A stretch of DNA of 64,000 bases. Source: a virus (taxonomy: Duplodnaviria > Caudoviricetes). Shown here piece by piece: positions 47,665 through 56,993 of the stretch. The position numbers and the translations under genes were made by a program. The stretch is from IMG/VR virus record IMGVR_UViG_3300037258_000653, positions 1,353-65,352 of that record; one strand, given 5' to 3'. The notes beneath the pieces are model-generated. The model saw only the letters and a program-made list of their open reading frames with translations. It had not been told where the DNA came from and did not search any database. Every line of letters starts with the position of its first letter. The first letter of the stretch is position 1.

Positions 47665-47836
47665 AGGCCGCCCTTGCGGAGCGCGCCGAACAGGCTGCGG
47701 GTGATGGCGCGGCGGGTCAGCCGCCGGGCGAGCGGCGCGGGGCCGCGGCGGGCGGCGCGGACGTCGAGGATGGTGCGGTCAGTGAGGCTGCCCGCGCGCT
47801 CGATCCGTCCGAGGTAGGTGTTCCTGCGCATGGCGA

Positions 47837-48776
47837 TCAGTCTCCTGCGGGATCGTCGGGGCTGCTGGCCGGATCGAGGAGGTCGGGTTCCAGGGAGAAG
47901 AACAGGACCGTGGCGGCCGGTACCTGCGCCGCCTTGCAGGTCTCATCCAGGATGCTGGCGAAGTGCGCGGCGCGCGTGTCACCCGGCCGGACGGTCCGGG
48001 GGCCTGCCGCCGTGCGAAACCCTATGACGTTCGGGACGTTCTGCCACTGGATTGTCAGGACGTAGTGGTAGAGGCGGCCCGGGTCGGGTGAGCGGCCGCG
48101 TGTCCGGGCGCTGGCGATCTGCCGGATGTTCGTGTCGCTGCCAGTGCTGTCGCCGGCGGCGTGCGCGCGTGCCTGGCTCAGGGCCACGATGCGGCTCACG
48201 GCGCTGGCATGGAATACCGGGGCGATGGCGCGCCGCGCCGCCTGCCGGGCTCCGGTGATCTGCTGGTCCAGCCAGGGCAGCAGCCCGTTCCCTGCTGCCT
48301 CGCCGGCTGTTGCGGTCACGGCGGCCTCAGCGGGCCGCGGGGGCGGGGACGGGCTGGCGGGCTGCCAGGGCGGCGCGGGCGAGGTCGAGGGCGCTGTGGG
48401 CGCCGTCGGCGATCGCGAGGAGGACCATGCGGCGCAGCCGGTCCCCGGCCTGGCCGATCTCGCGGAAGTCGTCTTCGTCCTCGGCCGCGGCGGCCGAGGA
48501 GCGGACCGAGGCCGCCATCTCCGTGACCTGGGCGACGGTCAGGCCGCGGGCCGGCCGCCATTCCCAGGGGCCGGCGTCGCCGCGGCAGGTGATGGCGGTG
48601 CCGTCGGCGAGCATGAGCTGGGTAACCTCGGCGCCGTCAGCGTGATAGCTCATGTCCTCGATCTCGTCGATGTACTCGTGCAGGACGTCGCGCCAGATGT
48701 CGCGCCGCCCGGGCGGGGTGAAGTCGTAGTAGAAGTTCAGGAATACCGTGATGTTCCTGGCCGTGGCGCTGCTCAT
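47837..48776 (-). CDS. Two hypothetical genes (47837-48319, 48327-48776)
   Basis: High-GC3 ORFs; RBS ggag before 48776. Confidence 0.55.
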
Positions 48777-48779
48777 GAC

Positions 48780-48825
48780 TCCACCTTAGCAGTTCCTTAC
48801 AGTCCTTAAGGAGTGTACTGTTCAG
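48780..48825. promoter_or_regulatory. Divergent promoter/operator
   Basis: Three CCTTA repeats (ccttagc, ccttac, ccttaagg) and a TACTGT -10-like box between divergent genes. Confidence 0.5.
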
Positions 48826-48828
48826 CTC

Positions 48829-49017
48829 GTGGAAGAAATCGCGCTCGAACAAGCCCGCGCCACCCTCGGCGACCTCGTGGACCGCGCCCGGCTCCAGGGC
48901 AGCCCGACGCTGATCACCCGCCACGGCCGGCCAGCCGCGGTCCTCGTCGGCAGCGACTGGTACGAGCGGGCGGCGGCCGCCCTGGCCGGGGCGGAGGGCC
49001 AGCCCGGTGAGCGGTGA
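48829..49017 (+). CDS. Phd/YefM-family antitoxin (no adjacent toxin recognised)
   Basis: IALEQARATLGDLVDRARLQGSPTLITRHGRPAAVLV. Confidence 0.85.
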   Translation: MEEIALEQARATLGDLVDRARLQGSPTLITRHGRPAAVLVGSDWYERAAAALAGAEGQPGER

Positions 49018-49410
49018 CGCCGCGGCGCTGATCGCGCGGGCCCGCGAGCTGCTCCCGCAGTGGCAGCGCTTCTCCTCAGATGGCCAGGTCGCCTCGCTGA
49101 TCAGCCGCGCCGAGGCGGTAGCCGCCCAGCGCGATCCGGCCGAGGCCGATATCCGGGCCCTGGGCGGGGCCGCTGACGCGGCCCGGGGAGCTGGCCGACG
49201 GCATCACCGACCCGGCCGCGGCTGAGTCCGTGCTCGCGGCCGCCGCGGCGGCGTGGGCGGTGCAGGCCGCTGCGCTGCGCGGCCGGCCGCCCGCTGACGT
49301 AGCGGAGGGCCTGGCGGCGCGCATCGGAGCCGCGCTCGCGGAGCACCAGGGCGCGGCAGCCGCGGAGATGGCCCGGACCCTGCGCGCACGCCGGGGACCG
49401 CGGCGGTGAC
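49007..49410 (+). pseudogene. Hypothetical gene with a +1 G frameshift
   Basis: Removing one G from GGGG at 49185-49188 gives ..AAR-ELADGITD.. open to TGA 49410. Confidence 0.45.
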
Positions 49411-49500
49411 GGCCGGCCAGCCGGCCGCGGCGTCCTGCGCCCAGTGCGGCAGCAGCCCGGCCGGGCCCGGCGGCATCCTGTGCGCGGGATGCAATGCCGG

Positions 49501-52155
49501 CTAGGCAGCCGGCGGCTGGCACGCCCAGGCGCTGACCCGGACGGCGAGCCACGTCCAGGAATCATCCGCGACCTCGGCCAGCCGCTTGCCGCCGGGAACC
49601 TCGGCGAGGCGCATCTCCTGCCACTCCTCCGGCTCGCCGAGCAGCGCGCGGCCGGCGTCCGCGACCTGGCGGGCCAGCTCGGCGCGCAGCATGCCGCGCA
49701 TGTCCTCCTGGCCGAGGTCCTCGGCGTGGCCGCGGGCGAAGTGCCGGACGATGGTCACCTGATACCGCGTGTTCACCAGGTGGCCTTCCAGTCGTCAGGC
49801 AGCCCGGTGGCGCGGAGCAGGGCGCGGGCGGTCCTGTCCAGGTAGTCGCAGACGGCGGCCTGCATCCCGGTCGGCGGCTGGGCCCGCTGCAGGATGCTCC
49901 TGGCGTCCATCAGCGTCACGAAGTCGTACCGGGCCGCGCGCAGCCCGGGGAACGCGTCCAGGACCGCCTCGTAGACGCGGCGCTCGCCGGGTGAGACCGG
50001 CTGGCTGTCCATCAGAGGAGGGTCACCACCACGACCGGCTGCGGGAAGTTGAAGCGCGCGAGCAGCCGCGCATCCTCCAGGCCCCGGCGGAACGCGGACT
50101 CCTCAGGAGAGATCCCCGGCTCGAAGCGCACAGGGATCTCGCGGGCCTGCCTGAGCGCCGTCTCGTTCACCAGCACGGTGTCCGTGCCGCCGAGCCACGG
50201 GTGCTCGCGGACGTCGGTGACGTTCTCGTCCGCGAACGCGGTGTCGATCACGGTCCGCTCGTAGGCGCCCGGCGGGTGGTAGGCGGTCCACTCGCCCAGC
50301 CGGGCCTCACCGGAGGCCATCGGCGGCCTCCGGGCCTGCGGCGTCCTTCTCGTGCTCGCCGGGCGGAGGGGCCCACCCGAGGGCGATCAGGGCCTCGCGC
50401 AGCTCGCCGACGACCTGAACGGGAGCGTCGGCCTCGACGGAGCCCGGGGCGACCTCCAGGTCGAGCGTGGCCACGCCGCCTCGGCCGTGCGGCCGGGCGA
50501 GCGTGAAGCCCATGACGTAGCTGCTGATGTCGTGGCCGCCGATGATTAGCGACCCGCAGCCAGTCTCGTCGAGGCGGATGCGGGTGTCGCGCCGCGGGGA
50601 TGGGGGCTGCTGCATGGGCTGCTCCTTGCGTCAGGAACCGGTCATCCGGGCGGCCAGAAGACGGCCGTCTCGGTGCCCTGGTTCTCGCTGGCTGTTACTG
50701 CGCGCTCCCTTTCCCCGTCGGCGGCCAGCGGCCGCAGGGGGACCGTGCCGGGGTGCCGGCTGTGCTCGGCTGTCTCGCCGAGGCGCCCTCGGGTGATCCG
50801 GGTGCCGGCCGGGAGCTGGCCGGCCAGGCACTCGTTCAGGGCCTGCTCGATGGCTGCCGCGCGGGCGGGCAGCACGACGGCGGCGTAGCCGGCTTCGGTG
50901 CCGTCCCAGGGCGGGTCGCGGTAGCCGGCGGGGTAGCCGGCCGTCGCAGCCGGCTGGCTGTGCGCGGCCGCCATGGCTGGCCTCCTAGTCCTGGTTGAGG
51001 AACCGGGTCATCTGCACCCGGAACTCGGCGTCGGCCGCTGCCGCGCCCAGCCGGCCGGCCTCGGGGCAGCTGCCATCGCGGCATCCGTGCTCCCGGCGGT
51101 GGTCCCGGATCGCGGCTCCCCCCTCGTCCAGCTCGTCTTGCAGCCCGCGGAGGATGCTGCGCAGCGACGGCGGCCGCTCCTGCTCGTCCGGGTCCTGGCC
51201 GGCGCCGGCCAGTTCGTCCCTGCCGGGGCCTGGCAGGACGCGCGGCAGGGTCACGCCGAGGCAGGAACCGGTGCCGCGCCGTCGGCGACGGTGCCCGCCG
51301 GGGCGGCGGGCGGCTGGGTGTCCGGCTGGCCGGCCGCCGGGGTGTCCTGGCCGAACCGGGAGATGAACACCCTGGCGATGCTGATCAGGTCGGCTTCCGC
51401 GTCGGCCGGGAGGATCTTCCCGCCGAGTGCCTCGGCGAGCTTCGCGACGGTCGAGTTGCCGAGGGCCGCGGCCGAGTCGATGAATCCCGGCGCGGCCTTC
51501 CTGAGCCGGCCGGCGAGGACTGCCAGGTAGTCCATGCCGTCGGTCAGGTCGCTGCGCACTTCTTCGGTCATGGGCTCGTGGTCCACGGGTTGCTCCTCGC
51601 TGGTGTCGGGGGTGCGGTGGGCGCGGTGCGGCAGGTGAGCTGTCACGTCGCGGGCTGCTGTGCGGGCCTCGTCTGCGAGGCGGCGGAAGATGGGCGTGGC
51701 GTCTGCGGTCACGCGCGGCCGCCCAGCCCGGCGTTCCACTGCTCGAACTGCGCGGCCTTGACGCGGGCGGTCCAGCCGCCGGACGTCTTGGCGAACGCGT
51801 CCAGGATGTTGGTGGCCAGCGCGCGCAGCGCGGCCGTCTCGCTGTCCGGCCCGGCGTCGCCAGCGTCCGGCAGGGCGGGCGGCGCGGCGGCCTGCTCGGC
51901 TTCCAACTCGCCGCGCCACCGGGCGCGCAGCTCCGCGAGCTGGTCCTCCGGCAGCTCCGCGGGCTGGCTCCCCGGCGGCGCGGCGGCCGGGGCCTGCCCG
52001 GCGCGGCCGCCGTCCGGCGCGTGCGCGGCCGCCGCGGAGGCCGCGAGGATGGCTGAGACGGCCTCGTCGTCGAACTGGGCGACCGGCATGACCCTGTACC
52101 GCATCCACAGGGTCGCGATCGCGTTCCGGAGCGCCGGCTCCAGGTCATCGGCCAC
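49501..52155 (-). CDS. Run of small hypothetical genes (49501-49776, 49773-50012, 50012-50320, 50307-50615, 50642-50974, ~51251-51585, 51709-52155)
   Basis: Tightly overlapping stops/starts and RBSs, phage-typical. Confidence 0.5.
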
Positions 52156-52285
52156 GGCGTGCGGCTCCTCGCGGGGTTCGGCTGTCGGCTGAATCCCACT
52201 CTGCCAGGACAGGCCCGGTTTCCTCCACGCACGGCCCTAGCCTGTTGGGCGGCAGGTGACAGCAAGCCCGGCGAGAGGGATGACG

Positions 52286-52519
52286 ATGGGATCAGCGGCA
52301 GAGGGAACCGAGATCACGGTGCGGTGCCTGCTGCTCTTCGGCGGCATGGCGGAGCTGGAGGTGCCCGGGCAGGATGAGCCGGTGCGCCAGTCGGCGGCGC
52401 AGGTCGCCGGGGAGGCCGGCGTCGATGTGGCGGACCTGCCGGGGCGGCTGCTGACGGCGCGGCTGGCCGAGACGCCGGAGGCGGGCCGGGTGCTCAGCGG
52501 GTTCCGGCTCGCGGGCTGA
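52286..52519 (+). CDS. Small hypothetical protein
   Basis: Preceded by a ggcggcaggtgaca motif and gagaggg RBS. Confidence 0.55.
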   Translation: MGSAAEGTEITVRCLLLFGGMAELEVPGQDEPVRQSAAQVAGEAGVDVADLPGRLLTARLAETPEAGRVLSGFRLAG

Positions 52520-52670
52520 CCGCGGCGCGGCCGCCGCGGCCCGGCGCTCCCGGACTTGCCGGGGTGCCGGGCCGCGCGCGTGGCAGGGGCGTGCTCAGCG
52601 CGGGAGGGTCGCGGGCCGGCGACCGCCGGTCCCCCGGCTGGCTGCGGGGGGACCGGTCCTGCGGGTGCTG

Positions 52671-53042
52671 CTAGCCGCCCAGCTCCTGCCTCAGGATGGT
52701 GAGGCCGACGCTGACCCTGACTTGCGCCAGGTCAAGGGCGTCGAGGCGCCATGGCGCGATACCCACCACCTTGATGACGGCCACCGTGTCGTACCCGGTG
52801 AGCCAGTCCAGGATGACGGTGTCGACTAGCCCGGCCGCCGGGCCGCTGATGGGCTCTTCCCGCGACACCGTCCTGGCCCTGACCAGGAGCGCTGCGGCGG
52901 AGTCCCAGTCATCGGACATCGGCGGGATCTCGACCGGGACGGGCAGCCCCGCCAGCATCTCGGCGATCACCGCGTAGCTGGCGATGTGGCCCGCGACGGC
53001 GGCTTCGAGCCGCTTGACCTCCGGGTCGTCGTGATGTTCCAC
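52671..53042 (-). CDS. HDDP-family paralogue A (unknown function)
   Basis: GTG after gaggagg; HDDPE..ML..LPVPVEIP..EEPI..VILDWLTGYD..PWR. Confidence 0.85.
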   Translation of the reverse strand: MEHHDDPEVKRLEAAVAGHIASYAVIAEMLAGLPVPVEIPPMSDDWDSAAALLVRARTVSREEPISGPAAGLVDTVILDWLTGYDTVAVIKVVGIAPWRLDALDLAQVRVSVGLTILRQELGG

Positions 53043-53287
53043 GCGAATCCTCCTCTGTTGAGTTGTCACCTGCCGCCCGGAGGGGTTCCGCCCCCTCCCG
53101 ACATGTATTAATTTACCACACTCGCGGATAGTTTTACAACATCAGGAGCCCTGCCCCGCGCGTGATGTAAAACACTCTTTCTATGTTGTAAATGCATCCT
53201 TGAACTGGTATTGTCAGTAGTGCCGGAAAGGGGCGCGGAAGCCCCGCCCGGCGGCAGGTAACAACTCAACAGAGGAGGAATCACGTG
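53040..53287. promoter_or_regulatory. Back-to-back copies of a conserved promoter/leader element
   Basis: TGTTGTAAA..ATCC..GGTA, then a GC hairpin, then GGCAGGTRACAACTCAACAGAGGAGGA on both strands. Confidence 0.85.
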
Positions 53288-53662
53288 GCAGATCACGACG
53301 ATCCGGAGCAGAAGCGGTGGGTAGCCGCCGCCGAGGGAGTGATCGACTGCCTGCTGACCCTGAAGGTCATGCTGGGCGCGCTCCCGATCCCGATCGAGAT
53401 CGCGCTCTCCGAGGACGACCCCGGAGCTTCCGTTCCGTCCCTGGTCAGGGCCGGAACGCTGCTGGCCGAGGAGCCCATCCCGGAGCTGGCGGCAGCCCTG
53501 ATCAGAACCGTCATCCTGGAGTGGCTCACCAGCTACGACCAGGTCGCCCTGATCAACCAGGCGGGCTTTGGTCCCTGGCGCCTTGAGGGCCTGGAGATGA
53601 CCATCCGCCGCATGGCCTACGGGCTGGCCGCCGCGGACGCCGAGCTGCGGAGCGAGAGCTAG
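53285..53662 (+). CDS. HDDP-family paralogue B
   Basis: HDDPE..MLGALPIPIEI..EEPI..VILEWLTSYD..PWR. Confidence 0.85.
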   Translation: MADHDDPEQKRWVAAAEGVIDCLLTLKVMLGALPIPIEIALSEDDPGASVPSLVRAGTLLAEEPIPELAAALIRTVILEWLTSYDQVALINQAGFGPWRLEGLEMTIRRMAYGLAAADAELRSES

Positions 53663-53681
53663 CAGGCAGCCGCCGGTGATC

Positions 53682-53712
53682 CCCCGTCCCTGGCAGCCAG
53701 CCAGGGACGGGG
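53682..53712 (+). repeat. Conserved CAGCCAG-loop hairpin (also 52626-52656 on - and 54341-54369)
   Basis: ccccgtccctgg-cagccag-ccagggacgggg; stems differ between copies but still pair. Confidence 0.8.
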
Positions 53713-53846
53713 CGGCGCGCCCGTCGCGGTTCCTCCCCCGCGAGCGTCCTGCGCGCTGACGGGCCGGCGCGCACGTCCCGCAGGGCTGCCGCCGGGCCGT
53801 CGGCCACGCCGGAGAGCGGCAGCCCGGGGTCAGGAAAGGGCGGCGC

Positions 53847-53950
53847 GTGTTGTAAATGTATCCTCAACTGTGGTAAAGTAATACATGTTGGGAGGGGCGG
53901 AAACCCGCCCGGCAGGCAGATTGACAAATCCACAGAGGAGGAAAGACGTG
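53847..53950 (+). promoter_or_regulatory. Third copy of the promoter/leader element
   Basis: gtgTTGTAAatgtatcctcaactgtggTAAAGTaatacatgttgggaggggcggaaacccgcccggcaggcagattgacaaatccacagaggagga. Confidence 0.85.
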
Positions 53951-54334
53951 GCAGGTAACCACGACGATCCGGACCGCGAGCGCAAGCGCCATGACGCGGC
54001 CCTGGGGGCGCTGCTGGCGCTCTACGAAGCGACCGGGCGGATGCTGGCACTGATGCCGGTGCCCATCACGATCCCGTCCACCAGCTCGGAGGACTGGATG
54101 CCCGGCCCGGCGAGCCAGGCTGTCCACCAGGCCGTGCGGCTCATCGGGGACGAGCCCGTCCCCGAGACGATCCAGGCCCTCGCCCGCTGGATCCTGCTGG
54201 ACTGGCTCACCGCCTACGACCTGGCGGCCAGGTGGGTCCAGGACCTGAGCCCCTGGCGGACCGAGGTGCTGGAGCAGGCGCTCAGCAGGACCGCCACCGG
54301 CCTGAAGCTCATGGAGCGCAAGCTCCGCGAGTAG
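53948..54334 (+). CDS. HDDP-family paralogue C
   Basis: HDDPD..MLALMPVPITIP..DEPV..ILLDWLTAYD..PWR. Confidence 0.85.
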   Translation: MAGNHDDPDRERKRHDAALGALLALYEATGRMLALMPVPITIPSTSSEDWMPGPASQAVHQAVRLIGDEPVPETIQALARWILLDWLTAYDLAARWVQDLSPWRTEVLEQALSRTATGLKLMERKLRE

Positions 54335-54499
54335 CCACGACCGGTCCCCGGCAGCCAGCCGGGGACCGGCACAGCGGCCAGGCCGCGGAAAGCAGGAAGG
54401 GCCGGAGGCCCGGCCCCCGGAGGGGCACCGGAGCCCGTGAAGGCTCCGGCTGGAAGGGCCGCCGGCCCGGCAGGTAACAACTCCTGAGGAGTCACCGAC

Positions 54500-54910
54500 A
54501 TGGTACACGCAGAAAAGCTGATCCTCCCCGAGATCGCCGCACGGTATGACCGCAAGCCCAACACGATCCGCACCAGGTGGATGCGCGACCCGGCATGGCC
54601 CGAGCCCGCCGGCAGGCGCGGCAGGTGGAACGAGTATGACGCCGCCGCCGTCGCCCGGGCCGTCGAGCTGATCGCCGGCCGGCGCCGCCTCGCCGGCGGC
54701 GGCCCTGACGAGCTGCTCGACGTCCCCGCCGCCGCCAGGTACACCGGGCTCGCCGCCGCCACCATCCGCTCCGATATCCGCCTCGGCCGCTGGCCGGCGC
54801 CTGACGACGACGCCAGCGGGGTCAGGAGGTGGAAGCGGTCCACGGTCGCCGCCGCGGTGGCCGGCCGCAGGAACTACCGCCGCCGCCCCGCCAGGCTGCC
54901 CGCGCAGTAG
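54500..54910 (+). CDS. Tandem (double) HTH DNA-binding protein, AlpA/Xis-like
   Basis: LPEIAARYDRKPNTIR..WPEP; LLDVPAAARYTGLAAATIRS..WPAPD..RRW. Confidence 0.75.
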   Translation: MVHAEKLILPEIAARYDRKPNTIRTRWMRDPAWPEPAGRRGRWNEYDAAAVARAVELIAGRRRLAGGGPDELLDVPAAARYTGLAAATIRSDIRLGRWPAPDDDASGVRRWKRSTVAAAVAGRRNYRRRPARLPAQ

Positions 54911-55115
54911 CCCGGCTGGTCAGCGGCCGGCGTGGCTGACCTGGCGGACGTGGCTCCACTGCCCCGGCGCGAACTCGCCGACCAGGCCGCCGGGCGGCCA
55001 GCACCCGGAGGCAGCAGCGGCCGGCCGGCAGCCAGCTCCGCGCCGGTGCCCGGCACCACCACAGCACGACGGCCGCAGGGATCGCCTGGACGGCGGCCCG
55101 CGGCCTGGGAAAGGT

Positions 55116-55277
55116 GAGGAGAGCGGGGCGGCTAGTTTCAGCCAGAAGTGAGAAGGAAGCCGCCTCATGGCCTCACAGCGCAAGTCTAGCGGGCGCGCCG
55201 CGCCGGCGCGGGGGCGAGGAGAGCGGGATGGCTGGTTCAGTCAGGTAAGGATGAGAAGGAAGCCATCCCATGGCCTC
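55116..55277 (-). ncRNA. Two tandem copies of a ~60-nt structured RNA motif (55116-55174, 55216-55277)
   Basis: Minus strand: GAGGCCATG-stem-TCCTTCTCA-var-CTGAA-stem-CGCTCTCCTC; compensatory stems GGCGGCT/AGCCGCC vs GGATGGCT/AGCCATCC. Confidence 0.6.
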
Positions 55278-55287
55278 GCCGGTGATG

Positions 55288-56409
55288 CTACTCCGGGATC
55301 AGGCTGGCCAGGTTCGCCGGGGTGATGACCCGCGACCCCTCCGGCAGCCCCTCGGGCTCCTCCAGGCCGATGAACGTCACCGGGTGCCCGGGCATCGTGC
55401 TGCCATCCCACGTGGCGACCTGGCCGCCGGGCATGCCCCGGACGAGCCCGGCGAGGTAGCTGACTCGCAGGTAGTCACGCTCGACGACCGCGCGGACCAG
55501 CCGCGAGGTGTCGTCCAGGCTGACCTCGGCGGTGCCGCCGCGGACGGGGCCCCTGGCGTACAGGTGCAGCCACTTGGCCCGCCACCGGCCGTCCTCGCCG
55601 CGCAGGAACACGACCGGCATCGCGGCCCGGCCGTCGCCGCGCATGCCGGACTTCATCCGCACCGTGGCGGGCTCGAACGGCGCGCCCTGCTGCGCCGTGT
55701 CGCGGATCATGAAGCCGAAGAACGACTCGGCGGCGTCGGCGAATGACTCGCCGTCGTAGACGTGGACCTGCGGGACGATCAGGCCGGTGAACGCGGCCAG
55801 CCGGATGTCGACGAACTCGGTGGCGCCGTGCGGGGCGCTGGTGATGTCCCCGGAGTAGACGGCCGCGCCGTCGCCGTGGTGGTAGCTGGTCCAGGACACG
55901 TGCCCGTCGTAGGCGTAGCCGGGGGTGAGCATCAGCGCGGACAGGTCATAGTCGGTGCGGATCGCGGCCTGCCGCCAGTAGCAGAAGAACCGCAGGATCT
56001 CCCCGCTGAACGACGCGACCGACCCGCGCGGCAGGACGCCGAGGCCGCCGGGGAACGCCTTGCCCGACAGCGGCAGCGCCACCCCGTACATGGCGGGGTC
56101 GATCAGCAGCGGGCTGGCCAGGCTGAGCCGGCAGGTGATCTCGGCGTCCAGGATCTCGGTCAGCCACGCGGCGCGCTCGCGGTCCAGCGGCGGCCGGGTG
56201 TCGGCGGCCGCGGTCGCGTGCGCGGCCTGGCCGGCGAACACGCGGCTGACATCGGTGGGCGTCACCCGGTTCTGCAGGTGCTCGCGCAGGGACAGCAGCA
56301 CGCGGCCCGAAGCCCGCGGCGCGCAGTCCGCCGCCGCGACGAGGACGGCGGCCGCGTCAGCGTCGCCGGCGGCCGTGCGGAGCAGCCGGTCGGCCGAGCG
56401 GAAGAACAT
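55288..56409 (-). pseudogene. C-terminal part of a TerD-like-domain protein (SCO0854-type); 5' end apparently deleted
   Basis: RFFCYW..RTDYDLSAL..HVSWT..YSGDITSAP.GATEFVDI (TerD-like); starts abruptly at a junction. Confidence 0.6.
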
Positions 56410-56749
56410 GCCGGCTGCCGTCGTAGCGCAGCCGCAGCTGCGGCGATGCCGGCGCCGCGTTCGGCGACGCGATCGGGACGCCCTCGCCGCGGCGCTGTGA
56501 CCAGGCGACCAGGGCGCGGCGGTCGCCGGGCGGCAGGAGCGACAGCACCCACTCGTGGAGCTCGTCGAACATGACGTCCTCGCCGGTGGCCTTGACGGTG
56601 TAGCTGCGGGACTGGGCCAGGCGGCCGCGGATCCGGCGGGCGGCCGGGGCGAGCGCCTGGCCGGCCGCGATGGCGATCGCGACGCGGGGCGCGCGGTCCT
56701 GGAGCGCCGCGGCGAGCGCGGCCGCCGGCGCCGCGCCGCCCTGGGTTAC
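56357..56749 (-). pseudogene. N-terminal fragment resembling a BCS1-like AAA ATPase N-domain, truncated
   Basis: YTVKATGEDVMFDELHEWVL..LRLRYDGSR, then out-of-frame sequence; no ATPase motifs follow. Confidence 0.4.
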
Positions 56750-56993
56750 TGACTGCGCGGGCACGCGGTCCTCCTTCCCCGGCACCGGAACGGCATCTGG
56801 CGGACGGCGGCCTGGAGCGCGGCGCGGGCCTCCGCGGACGCGGCGTCGCGGGCAGCCGCGGCGAGGCCGTACATGATCAGGCCGCGGATCTGCCGCCGGT
56901 ACCACCTGGTGGCGACAACGCGCAGGACCGCGTTGCACAGCCGCCAGGCGATCACGTCGCGGCGCCCGGACGGCGGCGGGGCATCATGAGCGG

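Noticed and set aside
49185-49188. Phase-variable G tract
   Set aside because: A run of four G is too short; more likely a sequencing error or a simple indel
55116-55277. Mini-CRISPR array or tRNA
   Set aside because: Only two copies, variation lies inside the repeat, no cas genes, and no cloverleaf or TTC T-loop
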